A stretch of DNA of 64,000 bases from assembly GCA_009103225.1 (NCBI GenBank), contig RHPI01003389.1, positions 536,099 to 600,098 on the forward strand, written 5' to 3'. This DNA comes from Chlorokybus atmophyticus. Its lineage: Eukaryota > Plantae > Mesostigma and Chlorokybus algae. The notes under the pieces are model-generated. The model was not told where the DNA came from. It did not search any database and saw nothing but the letters and a program-made list of their open reading frames with translations. Shown here piece after piece: positions 13,789-23,862 of this stretch. Every line of letters begins with the position of its first letter. Position 1 is the stretch's first letter. Position numbers and translations under genes: made by a program.

Positions 13789-14612
13789 CGATGGGAGGCT
13801 GTACTAGTTTGTTGTTGCTCGTCATCGGCTACCTTTTGCTGTTGCATGCACACGGATGTCTCCTTAATTCTTAAAACCAAGTCAAAGCACGCAACAGGCT
13901 AAGTAGCACATACCAGTGGAAGACCATAACTCAAACAAACAAACATCAAGTAGTAGTTCGTCAGAGCACACAGCGATTCCTTGATGATTGAGCTAACACA
14001 ACTTGACCATCACTGACTCCGCTGCATGGAACAGCTCACCAAGACCACAACCGGGAGAGTGTGACCTACCAACATTGTGTAGTACATATGCAAGATGTGC
14101 TGGAAATTACTATGTGACTTAGCAGTCTGTGACTTACCTGCTCATCACTGCACAAATAAACCATTCATGTACAGATTGGATCTACATACTGGCAATGCAG
14201 CACAATCAGGTCAAGCTTTGGCAACCCTAAAGCCAAGTGTGGGCAGAACGACGCCAGTGTCTGTGGGGCTCCCTCTGTAGGCCACGGTGCCCTTACCTCC
14301 AGCAGCCGTCCCGCATGCCCGCAATTGATGTAAACTGTATGACATGGTTGTACATGCTGGCAACCATCCCGCCGCCGCCGCCGCCGCCGCTCGAGCAGAC
14401 AATGGGGTTAAGGTGGATTAAGCGACTGACTGTCAATTCAAACAGGCCGCAAACGCCCTGCCGTGCCAGCACCGCTTTGACCGCAGCGTGCATCGCCGTC
14501 TTCAACAGCATGTTAAGGACTCCTTAGATGTATAATAGGACCGTTGAGGTCGTTTTGAAATTTTATAGGCAAGATACATACAGTTGCGCAACACTCTATC
14601 AGTATATGGTCC

Positions 14613-14684
14613 GGGCAACTGGTCTAGTGGTATGATTCTCGCTTTGGGTGCGAGAGGTCCCGTGTTCGATTCACGGGTTGCCCC
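14613..14684 (+). tRNA. trnP: tRNA-Pro, anticodon UGG
   Basis: GGGCAACTGGTCTAGTGGTATGATTCTCGCTTTGGGTGCGAGAGGTCCCGTGTTCGATTCACGGGTTGCCCC. Acceptor stem GGGCAAC/GTTGCCC, anticodon arm CTCGC-TTTGGGT-GCGAG and T-loop GTTCGA are intact, and the sequence closely resembles plant cytosolic tRNA-Pro. Confidence 0.97.
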
Positions 14685-14707
14685 CTACGTGACCACGTGA
14701 CCATCGC

Positions 14708-14712
14708 TTTTT
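14708..14712 (+). terminator. Pol III terminator (T5) for tRNA-Pro
   Basis: TTTTT run 24 nt downstream of the tRNA. Confidence 0.6.
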
Positions 14713-14727
14713 CTTTGTCGCACCTTT

Positions 14728-14871
14728 GTGCGCCGGGACGCACAACTAGTGCGTCTGCGGCACCCGATGCAACCTTCAATGAGCTGCGCATCCTCACGTG
14801 TGCGCCGGGACGCACAACTAGTGCGTCTGCGGCACCCGATGCAACCTTCAATGAGCTGCGCATCCTCACGT
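14728..14871. repeat. Exact tandem duplication, 2 x 72 bp, each unit containing a GACGCAC-AACTA-GTGCGTC hairpin
   Basis: 14728-14799 is identical to 14800-14871. Confidence 0.9.
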
Positions 14872-15374
14872 GACGCCCTCGTTGCCGTCGCCTGCGACAT
14901 GCGTGCATACAGTAAATTGGCCAAAACAATGTCTCTCCAACATGCTTATACTATGGATCCGAGGCGGCTGTCCTAGGCTAACACACAGGCTGTATACAGG
15001 CGCAGAATGGCATGCATGCACATAAACCCATCGAGAGATCAGTTCTACCGGAGCCTGAGGAGTGGTTGTGCTGTGCTGCCGCCTGCCTTGCCCCAATCCC
15101 TCTCTTGTGTGTGTTCAGAGTAGTAGAGTGAGCATGTTGGCAGTGAGCGTGGGGAAGCACAAGCAACATGGGTCACTGTTGACAACCTTGGGATAGTGAT
15201 CGTGCTGGGCACAACAGCTATCTGTCTGCGTCCTCCTGTTTTGTGTTGCTATGGACACCGACAACAGCATGCAAGATGCTTCAGGTATGTGCGTGTGCGC
15301 TACTCTCCCAAGCAAATGGTCTGCAGCAGTTTTACTATGATTTTGCGCGCATATGAGTATCTGTTATTCACTGC

Positions 15375-18300
15375 ATGACAGGCCAAGGGCGTGCGGTGCC
15401 TGTATCCGTGGCCGTGCGCCTTCGCCAGCGCGCCCACAGCAAGAAGAACAAGAAAGAGAAGCCTCCCTGCGTGGAGTGCTCACCGGACGCCGCCACCATC
15501 ATATCCACGGGAGACGCCATCGCACGCAGCTCGTTCACGTTCGACTACGCGTTCAACCCAGAAACAATCACACAGGACATATTCCAAGTAAGTGGGCTTG
15601 CCACATGCAACCCTCTATGACTACAGTGCCACAACTTGCAAACCGCCGCCACACGCCACACTGTGGCACGCGCGCACACGCACACGCACACGCACACGCA
15701 CACGCACATCTGTTGATGCCATCAGCCCATTGCTACAAGCCAAACCACTCTTACCATCTGTGCCTGTGGCTATGGCAGGCTTGTGTCCAGCCCCTCGTTG
15801 AGGCTTGCGTCAAGGACAACATTCATTCAGCTCTCCTCCTTCACGGTCCCGGCCGCATCAAGCGCGAGTTGGCTGGCCCCGATGGCCTCGCCGCTCTCGC
15901 CATTGGCGCCGTGATGCAATCCGTGTCCGTGGGACTGATATCCTCCACCTGGTCCTCCTCTCCGTCCTCCTCGTCCTCCTCTAGATCCGTGCGGGCGAGC
16001 GCGGTGCGCGTGGCAGGACAGGAGATGAGTGATCTTGTATCTGGAGGGGGGCTGGATGGGGATGGGGCGGCGATAGCGCCAAGACCCAACGTGCCGGCTG
16101 TGAACTGGCCTGAGGGTGCGGAGGATGTTGTGGTGAAGGAAGCCAATGAGCTTATGGTGTTGTTTGACCGCGCCCTCGCCCTCCGCAAAGAGGTACAGCA
16201 GGACCACTTTCACCAGCAGGTTCAGTGCACACAGACACTACCCCAGCAAGTCTGAGATGCATCTGACGTAGTAGTCCTCAAGCGGCGCACACGCACACAA
16301 GTGCATACACTCACGCACATGCACGCGCACACATTTACATAAAGGCGCACGCATGTGTGCGCGCACCGACAGACAGCACGTCACTTACCCTTCTCTCCGT
16401 GTGCACAGAAAGACACAAAAGAAGACAAGTCCTCCTCTGCACTGCTTCTGATAACAGTTCAAGTATGTTGATTGGCAGTACTGTAACTATGGCAAGTCAG
16501 CAGCCGCAACTCTCTGGTGTTGACTTGATGGTGTATAGGTGAGCAATGATGCCGGGACACGTGTTGGCACGCTGCTCATCGCCGACTTGGCAAGAAGGTG
16601 CGGGCATGAGGGTGCGATACAGTTTGCATATAACAGATGCCAATGTGTGCTCTCTGATTCCCTCTTTGCAGCGATTCTGAACCTGACAGCCACGACAACA
16701 ACATGGCCGCCTTCAAAGACGTCATCAAACACCTGTCTGCCACGCGAAAAGCCACCACTGCCCCACCTTGTAAGCAGTTTATATCAATACTGTTACACGC
16801 ACACACACACACACTCACCGCACGCTCAAACTCCCTCAGATGCGTCGTCCCCTCTCACTCTTCTTCTTTCCCACGCCCTTGGCGGTCCCTGCCGCACGCT
16901 GGTGCTGCTGCACGCCAACGCAGCGGCCAAGGCGCAGGCGGACACCATGGAACTACTGAGGTGAGGATTGAGAGTGCAGAAGAGTGTGACAGAGATAGAA
17001 GTGTGTGTGGGGGGGGTTGTGTTATTGAGTTCGTCGTGCTGTTTCAGGTTTTGTACCAGAGTCAAGCAGGTGATGAACTATCCGACTGTGAACGAGATCG
17101 CAAAGCAGGTAGGTTTGTGTTGATGTGCTGCAGTGAGCTTTCGTGTTGTTGTGTTTGAGCTGACTGTGCTGCGGCGATTGGTGAAGGTGCCTGCTCCGGG
17201 AGCGCTTGTGCCGTGCCCGATATGCACCGAGCCGCTCGATGAACAGGTGTGCATATGTGTACGTGTGTGTTTTTCTTTCTCTGAATGTGTGCGTGTTCGC
17301 GAGTGTATTATGTGATGGTGACTGACTGTTTTGGCTGTTGACAGGACATGCAGTTGACGCCCTGTGCGTGTGGTTACCGCCCCTGCCTCCTCTGCTTCGA
17401 CAAGCTCATGACACAGGTAGCGTACCCAACACAAGCATCCAGGTGCTGCCGATGGCTATGTGTGCTCCTCTGATACCGACAATACTGCCACAGGGTGATG
17501 CGCGCTGCCCGTCCTGCCGCGCACCGTACGGCCTCCAACCCACGTTCAACGTCGACGCCAGCGATGTCGCGGAGAGGGCTAACCTCGTGCCGGAACGCAT
17601 CCTGGACTCGCACCACCAGCAGGTGCAGTACAGTAGGGTACTCAGTTGACTACGTGCGTGTGCGCATGTACACATGTGTGTCTCCGTGCATACGTGCATG
17701 ACCCTCCTTGCTGTCCACAGGGCGTGACATACTACTTGCTAAAGTGGCGTGGGCTCAGCGATGCCGCGAGCACGTGGGAGCCCGAGGCTGCCGTGCGCGG
17801 CGGGACAGACGCCAGCACACTCATAGCCCAATACGAAGCCGCAAGAGCCGGTACGTTGTGGTTGGTAAAGTGTGTATGTGTCATGTTATACTGACTCGCA
17901 CACGTGCACACAGCCATGGTGCTTCAGCAGACCGGGAAGAAAGCCCCTCCTTCTCTCTACAACAGCGCCATCAACAACAACAACAATCCACACAACAACC
18001 ACCCGAGTGCAGTCTGGTACCCGCCCGAGCTCGCGGCAGTGAGCGCCATCAACCCGCACACGCTGCCACCGCAAGCATTCCACCATGGACCAATCTGGTA
18101 AGTGGTAGCTGAAGCCAACACAACATGGTATCAAACTGTTACACACATTTGTGTATGTGTGTGCAGGCGGCAGCCGGGTGCTCCCCCGAGCGCGATATCC
18201 GTATCCGTGCTTCCACCAGCGCCGAGTGCTTTCATGCCTCCTCGCTCAGGTATCCACAATCAACACTACCCCAACAACACCAACACCCACGCCGCGCACG

Positions 18301-21300
18301 CTCTCCGGGTACAAGCCACATCCGGCTGGAGCAACATCGCCCCACCCAACCCCAACATGTATCAGACATCCATCATTGGCGGCACCATTCACAAGGTTGA
18401 CGCATACGGTGGTGTTGGCGGAGGAGGAGGTGGGCCAGGTGGTAGCCGTGTGAAGGTGGATGACATCGATGACGGTGATGAAGAGGGTGGGAACGCGCGC
18501 ATACTCACGGTGAAGAGAGCGATGCCCGCCTCGCTCACGGCGCCGTATAGAATAAGTCTCATGCTGCGGCTGGCGGCACTGATTGGATTTCTGTATTGGA
18601 GGATTTCGAACCCAAACCCGGCGGCGTACGCGCTGTGGGGCATATCGGTCGCATGCGAGGTACGTGCGTGTGCGTGTGTACGGGCACGGATGTGGCAGTG
18701 TATGCGTGCGTGCGCGAATGTGTGTGGCTTAGGCATGTATGCGACTGTATTTCCGCACCTTGTGACGCGTGCACTGCACGGGTCTATGAGTATGTGCGTT
18801 GCGCATGCTCACGCATGTGCAACGCACATACACGCACGCGTAAGCAAATTGACAGTGAGACACACTCTTTCTGCGTGACACACACACAGAAAGAGTGCAT
18901 CTCTGTGCGTTTGTGTGCGCACATGTATGTCTCCGTCTGAATGTACATGTGGGCTTCAAACAGAGTGCTTGTTCCCAACCACTCCTTCCTTCTGCTCAAC
19001 TCATATCTCCCCTCCCCTGCCAGGTCTGGTTCGGCATGGCTTGGCTCCTCGACCAAGCCCCCAAGCTCTCCCCCGTCTACCGCGTGACCTACACGGACCG
19101 TCTCCCCCGCGACGCCTCCCTCCTCCCCGCCGTCGACATCGTCATCACCACCGCCGACCCGTCCAAAGAACCGCCCATCACGACCGCGAACACGGTGCTG
19201 TCGTGCATGGCGATGAGGTACCCGGCGGGGAAACTGGCGATATACGTCACGGATGACGCGGCGTCCAAGTGGGTGTTTGATACCATCGCGGAGACGGTGA
19301 GGTTTGCGAGGGTGTGGGTGCCGTTCGCGCATAGGTACAATGTGGAGCCGAGGGCGCCGGAGATGTACTTCAGCAACGTCAAAGGCGTACGCAGAGGAGG
19401 TGAGTTGCGTGCAAAAACTAGCATGACTGGCTCATATACTCACTGAGACACTGGCTGAGTCTCTCGCAGCAATACACCAATCCAAGCACGCACACCCACA
19501 CACTCACCCACCACCACACTCTCACCATCTCACACGCTCACTCTCACTCTTACTCTCTCACCCACACTGGACTCACTCGCTCACTCATCCACACGGTGGA
19601 CCCACCCACTCACTCACTCTCTCACTCACTATGGTCTCACTCTCTGCATAACACTCCCCCACCCACCCACCCGACCCTCTCTCTCCCCCCCTGGCAGCCC
19701 CCTCTTCCCCCCGCGCCCGCGCCGAGCAGGACTCCGCCCGCCGCCTTGTCCACGCCGCCTACGACAAGTTCAAGTCCCGCGTCGCCGCTCTGGGCGAGCT
19801 CGCCAACGCCGCAGACAACAACGACTCCGACTACTACCAGGGGTGGCCGGGGAGGGACAGGAGGGACCACGACCCCATCGTGCAGGTGTTTCATCACCCG
19901 GGGGAGGATGAAGACAAGGACTGCGTGCTGCCGTATGTCGTGTACATCGCGCGTGAGAAGCGACTGGGATTCATGCACCACAAGAAGGTGCGTGCGTGTG
20001 GGCGTGTTGGTGTGCGCGTGCACGCAAGCTGCAGTTTGTGTGTACGCTTGTGTGTGTGGGTGACTTGCAAGCCCTTTACTCAACACACCCACCCCTACCC
20101 ATGCAGGCCGGTAGTGCCAACGCTGCGGTGCGCGCCTCCGCCCTCATCACCAACGGTCAGTTCCTGATGAACCTGGACTGCGACCACTACGTCCACAACA
20201 GCGACGCCCTCCGCGAGGCCATGTGCATCCTGCTCGACCCCGTCGTCGGAGACTCCATCGGGTACGTGCAGTTCCCGCAACGCTTCGACGCCATCGACAG
20301 ATCCGACAGGTGAGTCGGTGTTACCGTTGTTGTTGTTGTTGTTGTGTTGATGATAACTCTGTGGCACATCCACACTTGCAGATATGCCAACCACAACATT
20401 GTGTTCTACGAAGCCGGCATGAAAGGTCTCGACGGCGTGCAAGGACCGTTCTACATCGGCACAGGCTGCGTCTTCCGCCGAAAGGTGAGACACACACTGT
20501 GACGCAACTTAACATACTGATCATGTCATCCCCCTACCCACACACACACACCTTGCAACAGGCCTTGTATGGTGCTACTCCCGACCACTTGCCCAAGTCT
20601 CGCGACTGCTTGTGTTGTTGTTGTTTCGGCGGCGGTCGTCGTCGCAAGGAGGAGGAGGAGCGTGCCAAGGCGAGGAAGAACGAGGCCGCCGCGCACGCCG
20701 CGGATGCGCACGTACTCGCTGCGGATCACCTCGCCATCGTACTCGCAAGCCGCACACGCGCAAACAACAACAGCAACTTCAACCAGGCGACACGCGTACC
20801 GAGCACAACGGCCAAAAGACTTGGACTCCTCCCGTCACTGGTCAGAAGGTACACACACACAACGTCACAACATTTGCGTGTCACACGCAATACGTGTGTA
20901 TGTGCAAGCGTGCACATGTGTGCGTGTGTGTGCGTGCGCGTGCGCGCGTGTGCAGACGACATTGCATGCAGTCTTTCTGCAATACTGGGCGAGAACGCAC
21001 GGCTCGACACGCACACGCACACGCATACGCACTCACACTCGCACTCTCTCCCCTCAGTGTCGCTCAAGTCGAGGGCAGCGCCCTCCCCAAGCCCTCCAAG
21101 CGCCGCTCCACCCTGGCCCCGATCCCCCCCCAGTCCCCTCGGACGGTGCTGACGGACGTCGCGACCGCCATCGCGTGCGACTACGAGGACCAGAGCGAGT
21201 GGGGGAAGGAGATCGGGTGGCTTTATGGATCAGTCACGGAAGATGTGGTCACCGGGTAGGGAGTGCGGGTGTGGGTGTGGGTGTGTATGTGTGCGTGCAT

Positions 21301-23217
21301 ATATGTCCAAGTCAACGTACACAATCATGGGCCAACTCTCATGCTTCTCAACTGTATGCGTGCGGACATGTATGTATATGTGTGTTTGCACGCGCACACA
21401 TACACGTGTTCGCACGCATATGGACCAAAGTACAAGTACATGCATGCGTATGCATGCACAACTGCAGACTCTCTTGCTACTACACACTCACAGGCAAGCT
21501 CACACTCTCATGTGTACACTGTATCAACACTCCCCCGACGTTGTTCTCTCCACAGTTACCTCCTCCACTCCCGCGGTTGGCGCAGCGCCTACTGCAACCC
21601 CTCTCGTCCCGCCTTCAAGGGCACGGCCCCCATCAACCTGGCGGACCGGCTGCACCAGCTGCTGCGCTGGGCCACGGGCTCCGTCGAGATATTCTTCTCG
21701 AGGAGGAACGCGCTGCTGTGCGGGGGAGGGTCCAGACTCAAGTTGGCACAGGTGGGGGGAGGATGGATTGTTGTTGTGGACGTGCGTGCGTATGAGCGTG
21801 AGTGATTGTGTGTATTCCACTTGTGTTCATCAGCGCAAGCGCGTGTGCGTCTGTGCTCTCGTCAGAGTGTGTGCGCATGCGCGTGCACATGTCTGCGTGT
21901 GCGTATACGTTGGTGTGTGCGTGTGCGTGTGTACGAGCGATCCTGTGATACTCATCACTAACATCACCTCCGCAGCGTTTGGCGTACATCAACGTGTGCG
22001 TGTACCCCTTCACGGGCATCATCCTGCTTCTGTACACGCTGCTGCCTCCCGTCTGTCTCATGGCCAACCGCTTCATCATGCCTGCCGTCAACCTTGAGGC
22101 CGTCATCTTCTACCTCTGCTTCTTCCTCACGGTGTTCGCCTCGGCGCTGCTCGAGCTAAGGTGGTCTGGAGTCTCTATCGACGCATGGTGGCGCACGGAA
22201 CAGTTCTGGATCATCGCTGGCATCTCCGCACACGTCGCCGGTAACACACCTTTGCTGATGAGACTCTCAAACATGCTTTTTGCATTCACTCTCACACATG
22301 CAGTGACACGCACACTTGTGCTCACGCTCATGGTGACGGTTGCACTTTGGCACAGATTGAGCGTGTATGAGAGTATGAGTGTGAGAGTAGGTTTCGCACT
22401 CGCACTCACACTTACTCAATGTGAATTTGTGGATTTGTACACTCGCACCGATGTCACGCTTGCACACATGCACAACCTCACGCTCACGGTCTCACGCTAC
22501 GCAAAACTTGAGTTGCATCACACTTACGCTCAGCACACTGACACGCTTACGCTCAGCACTATGGTCCCCTCTCCAGGTGTAATCCAGGGTGTTATGAAGG
22601 CTGTTGCTGGTGTCGACATTGAGTTTCGCTTGACTGCCAAAGGAAACGAGCATGACGACGATGACTTTGACTCCACCAATCCGCGCGAGAACAGTGCAGA
22701 GCTCTACAAATTTAGGGTGGGTGTGTCTGTGAGTTGCGCAGTGAGACAGAGTGATGCTGCCATTGTTGACGTGGCGGTTGTGCCGACAGTTCACGTGGCT
22801 CATTGTCGTGCCCGTCACTGTGATGCTGCTGAACATTCTTGGCATCGTTGCTGGCTTTGCCACGGCTATTACCGGAGGCAACTGGGGTGAGTAGTAGTCT
22901 CAATCAAGGACCAGCTGGCCATCGGTGAGGTGTCTACAACCCACTCACATGCTGCGCTTACCTTTTCAGCGGAGCTGGCCGGCAAAGTCATCTTCAGCTT
23001 GTGGGTGCTCATCCACATGTACCCATTCGCCAAGGTGAGTCGTGCCTTCTGGCAGCGTGATGTCTCACACGCAAGGCAACATTATCAAAATGATTCCTTG
23101 CTGCAGGGCTTGATGGGCAAACGGAGCCGCCCGCCGACCATTGTCATCATCTGGAGTCTGCTCATCACAGTTGTGTTCGCCGGAGCATGGGTGCTGGTCT
23201 TCCGCAGAAACGATTGA
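15375..23217 (+). CDS. Chimeric cellulose-synthase-like protein: degenerate kinesin motor domain + RING finger + chromodomain + CSLD/CesA-like GT2 glucan synthase (25 exons, ~1470 aa)
   Basis: Exons 15375-15587, 15779-16192, 16409-16462, 16539-16597, 16672-16769, 16840-16960, 17048-17108, 17187(or 17160)-17246, 17345-17416, 17494-17622, 17721-17850, 17914-18097, 18167-18659, 19024-19399, 19698-19987, 20107-20309, 20382-20484, 20562-20848, 21058-21255, 21556-21751, 21976-22240, 22577-22716, 22790-22886, 22970-23034, 23107-23217 join in frame (4419 nt with the shorter exon 8). Synthase motifs are intact: [53 protein letters not shown] and [16 protein letters not shown], with 2 N-terminal and 6 C-terminal TM-like segments. 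Confidence 0.85.
15390..17108 (+). other. Kinesin motor-like domain (exons 1-7 of the chimeric gene), nucleotide motifs degenerate
   Basis: Collinear kinesin landmarks: VSVAVRLRQ; [29 protein letters not shown]; [29 protein letters not shown]; [11 protein letters not shown]; [11 protein letters not shown]; [29 protein letters not shown]; [23 protein letters not shown]. Confidence 0.88.
17214..17529 (+). other. RING finger of NOT4/CSLD (zf-RING_4) type, split over 3 exons
   Basis: [47 protein letters not shown], with eight Cys in CSLD/NOT4-like spacing. Confidence 0.88.
17590..17840 (+). other. Chromodomain (exons 10-11 of the chimeric gene)
   Basis: [50 protein letters not shown] matches the chromo pattern vE.Ild......YLvKW.G......TWEPe.....li..f. 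Confidence 0.85.
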
Positions 23218-23394
23218 GCACCAGTGGCCCTTTACCCAAACCGTGTTGACGGGAAGCATGCTAGAGCATGCATTGTGCCTGAGTGTGGTGTTAAACCGTG
23301 TGCTGGACTGCTCACGAGAAGTGCGTCCTGTGATGACTCTCAAAAAACAAGTTGTTTGATATGCGAAATACACAGCTATGTGCGTCATAAGCCC

Positions 23395-23760
23395 NNNNNN
23401 NNNNNNNNNNNNNNNNNNNNNNNNNNNNNNNNNNNNNNNNNNNNNNNNNNNNNNNNNNNNNNNNNNNNNNNNNNNNNNNNNNNNNNNNNNNNNNNNNNNN
23501 NNNNNNNNNNNNNNNNNNNNNNNNNNNNNNNNNNNNNNNNNNNNNNNNNNNNNNNNNNNNNNNNNNNNNNNNNNNNNNNNNNNNNNNNNNNNNNNNNNNN
23601 NNNNNNNNNNNNNNNNNNNNNNNNNNNNNNNNNNNNNNNNNNNNNNNNNNNNNNNNNNNNNNNNNNNNNNNNNNNNNNNNNNNNNNNNNNNNNNNNNNNN
23701 NNNNNNNNNNNNNNNNNNNNNNNNNNNNNNNNNNNNNNNNNNNNNNNNNNNNNNNNNNNN
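23395..23760. other. Assembly gap (N run)
   Basis: 366 N bases, downstream of the synthase stop codon and outside both neighbouring CDSs. Confidence 1.
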
Positions 23761-23862
23761 AGCCCCCCCCTGCACACATACTACTCACAGTCTAGTACGA
23801 CCTCCATAACAAGTCTACCATATCTCCATTGCAGAACCATGAGCTGTGTGACAAGTAGCAAT

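Noticed and set aside
14728-14871. CRISPR-like repeat array
   Set aside because: Only two adjacent identical units with no spacers, in a eukaryotic context with no cas genes.
15375-17894. Treating kinesin-RING-chromo as a separate gene ending at TGA 17892-17894, with the synthase starting at ATG 17916
   Set aside because: This needs retention of a canonical 63-nt GT-AG intron and leaves ~20 nt between genes. The spliced junction is in frame and the RING is the CSLD-type N-terminal domain. It remains the formal alternative until transcripts are checked.
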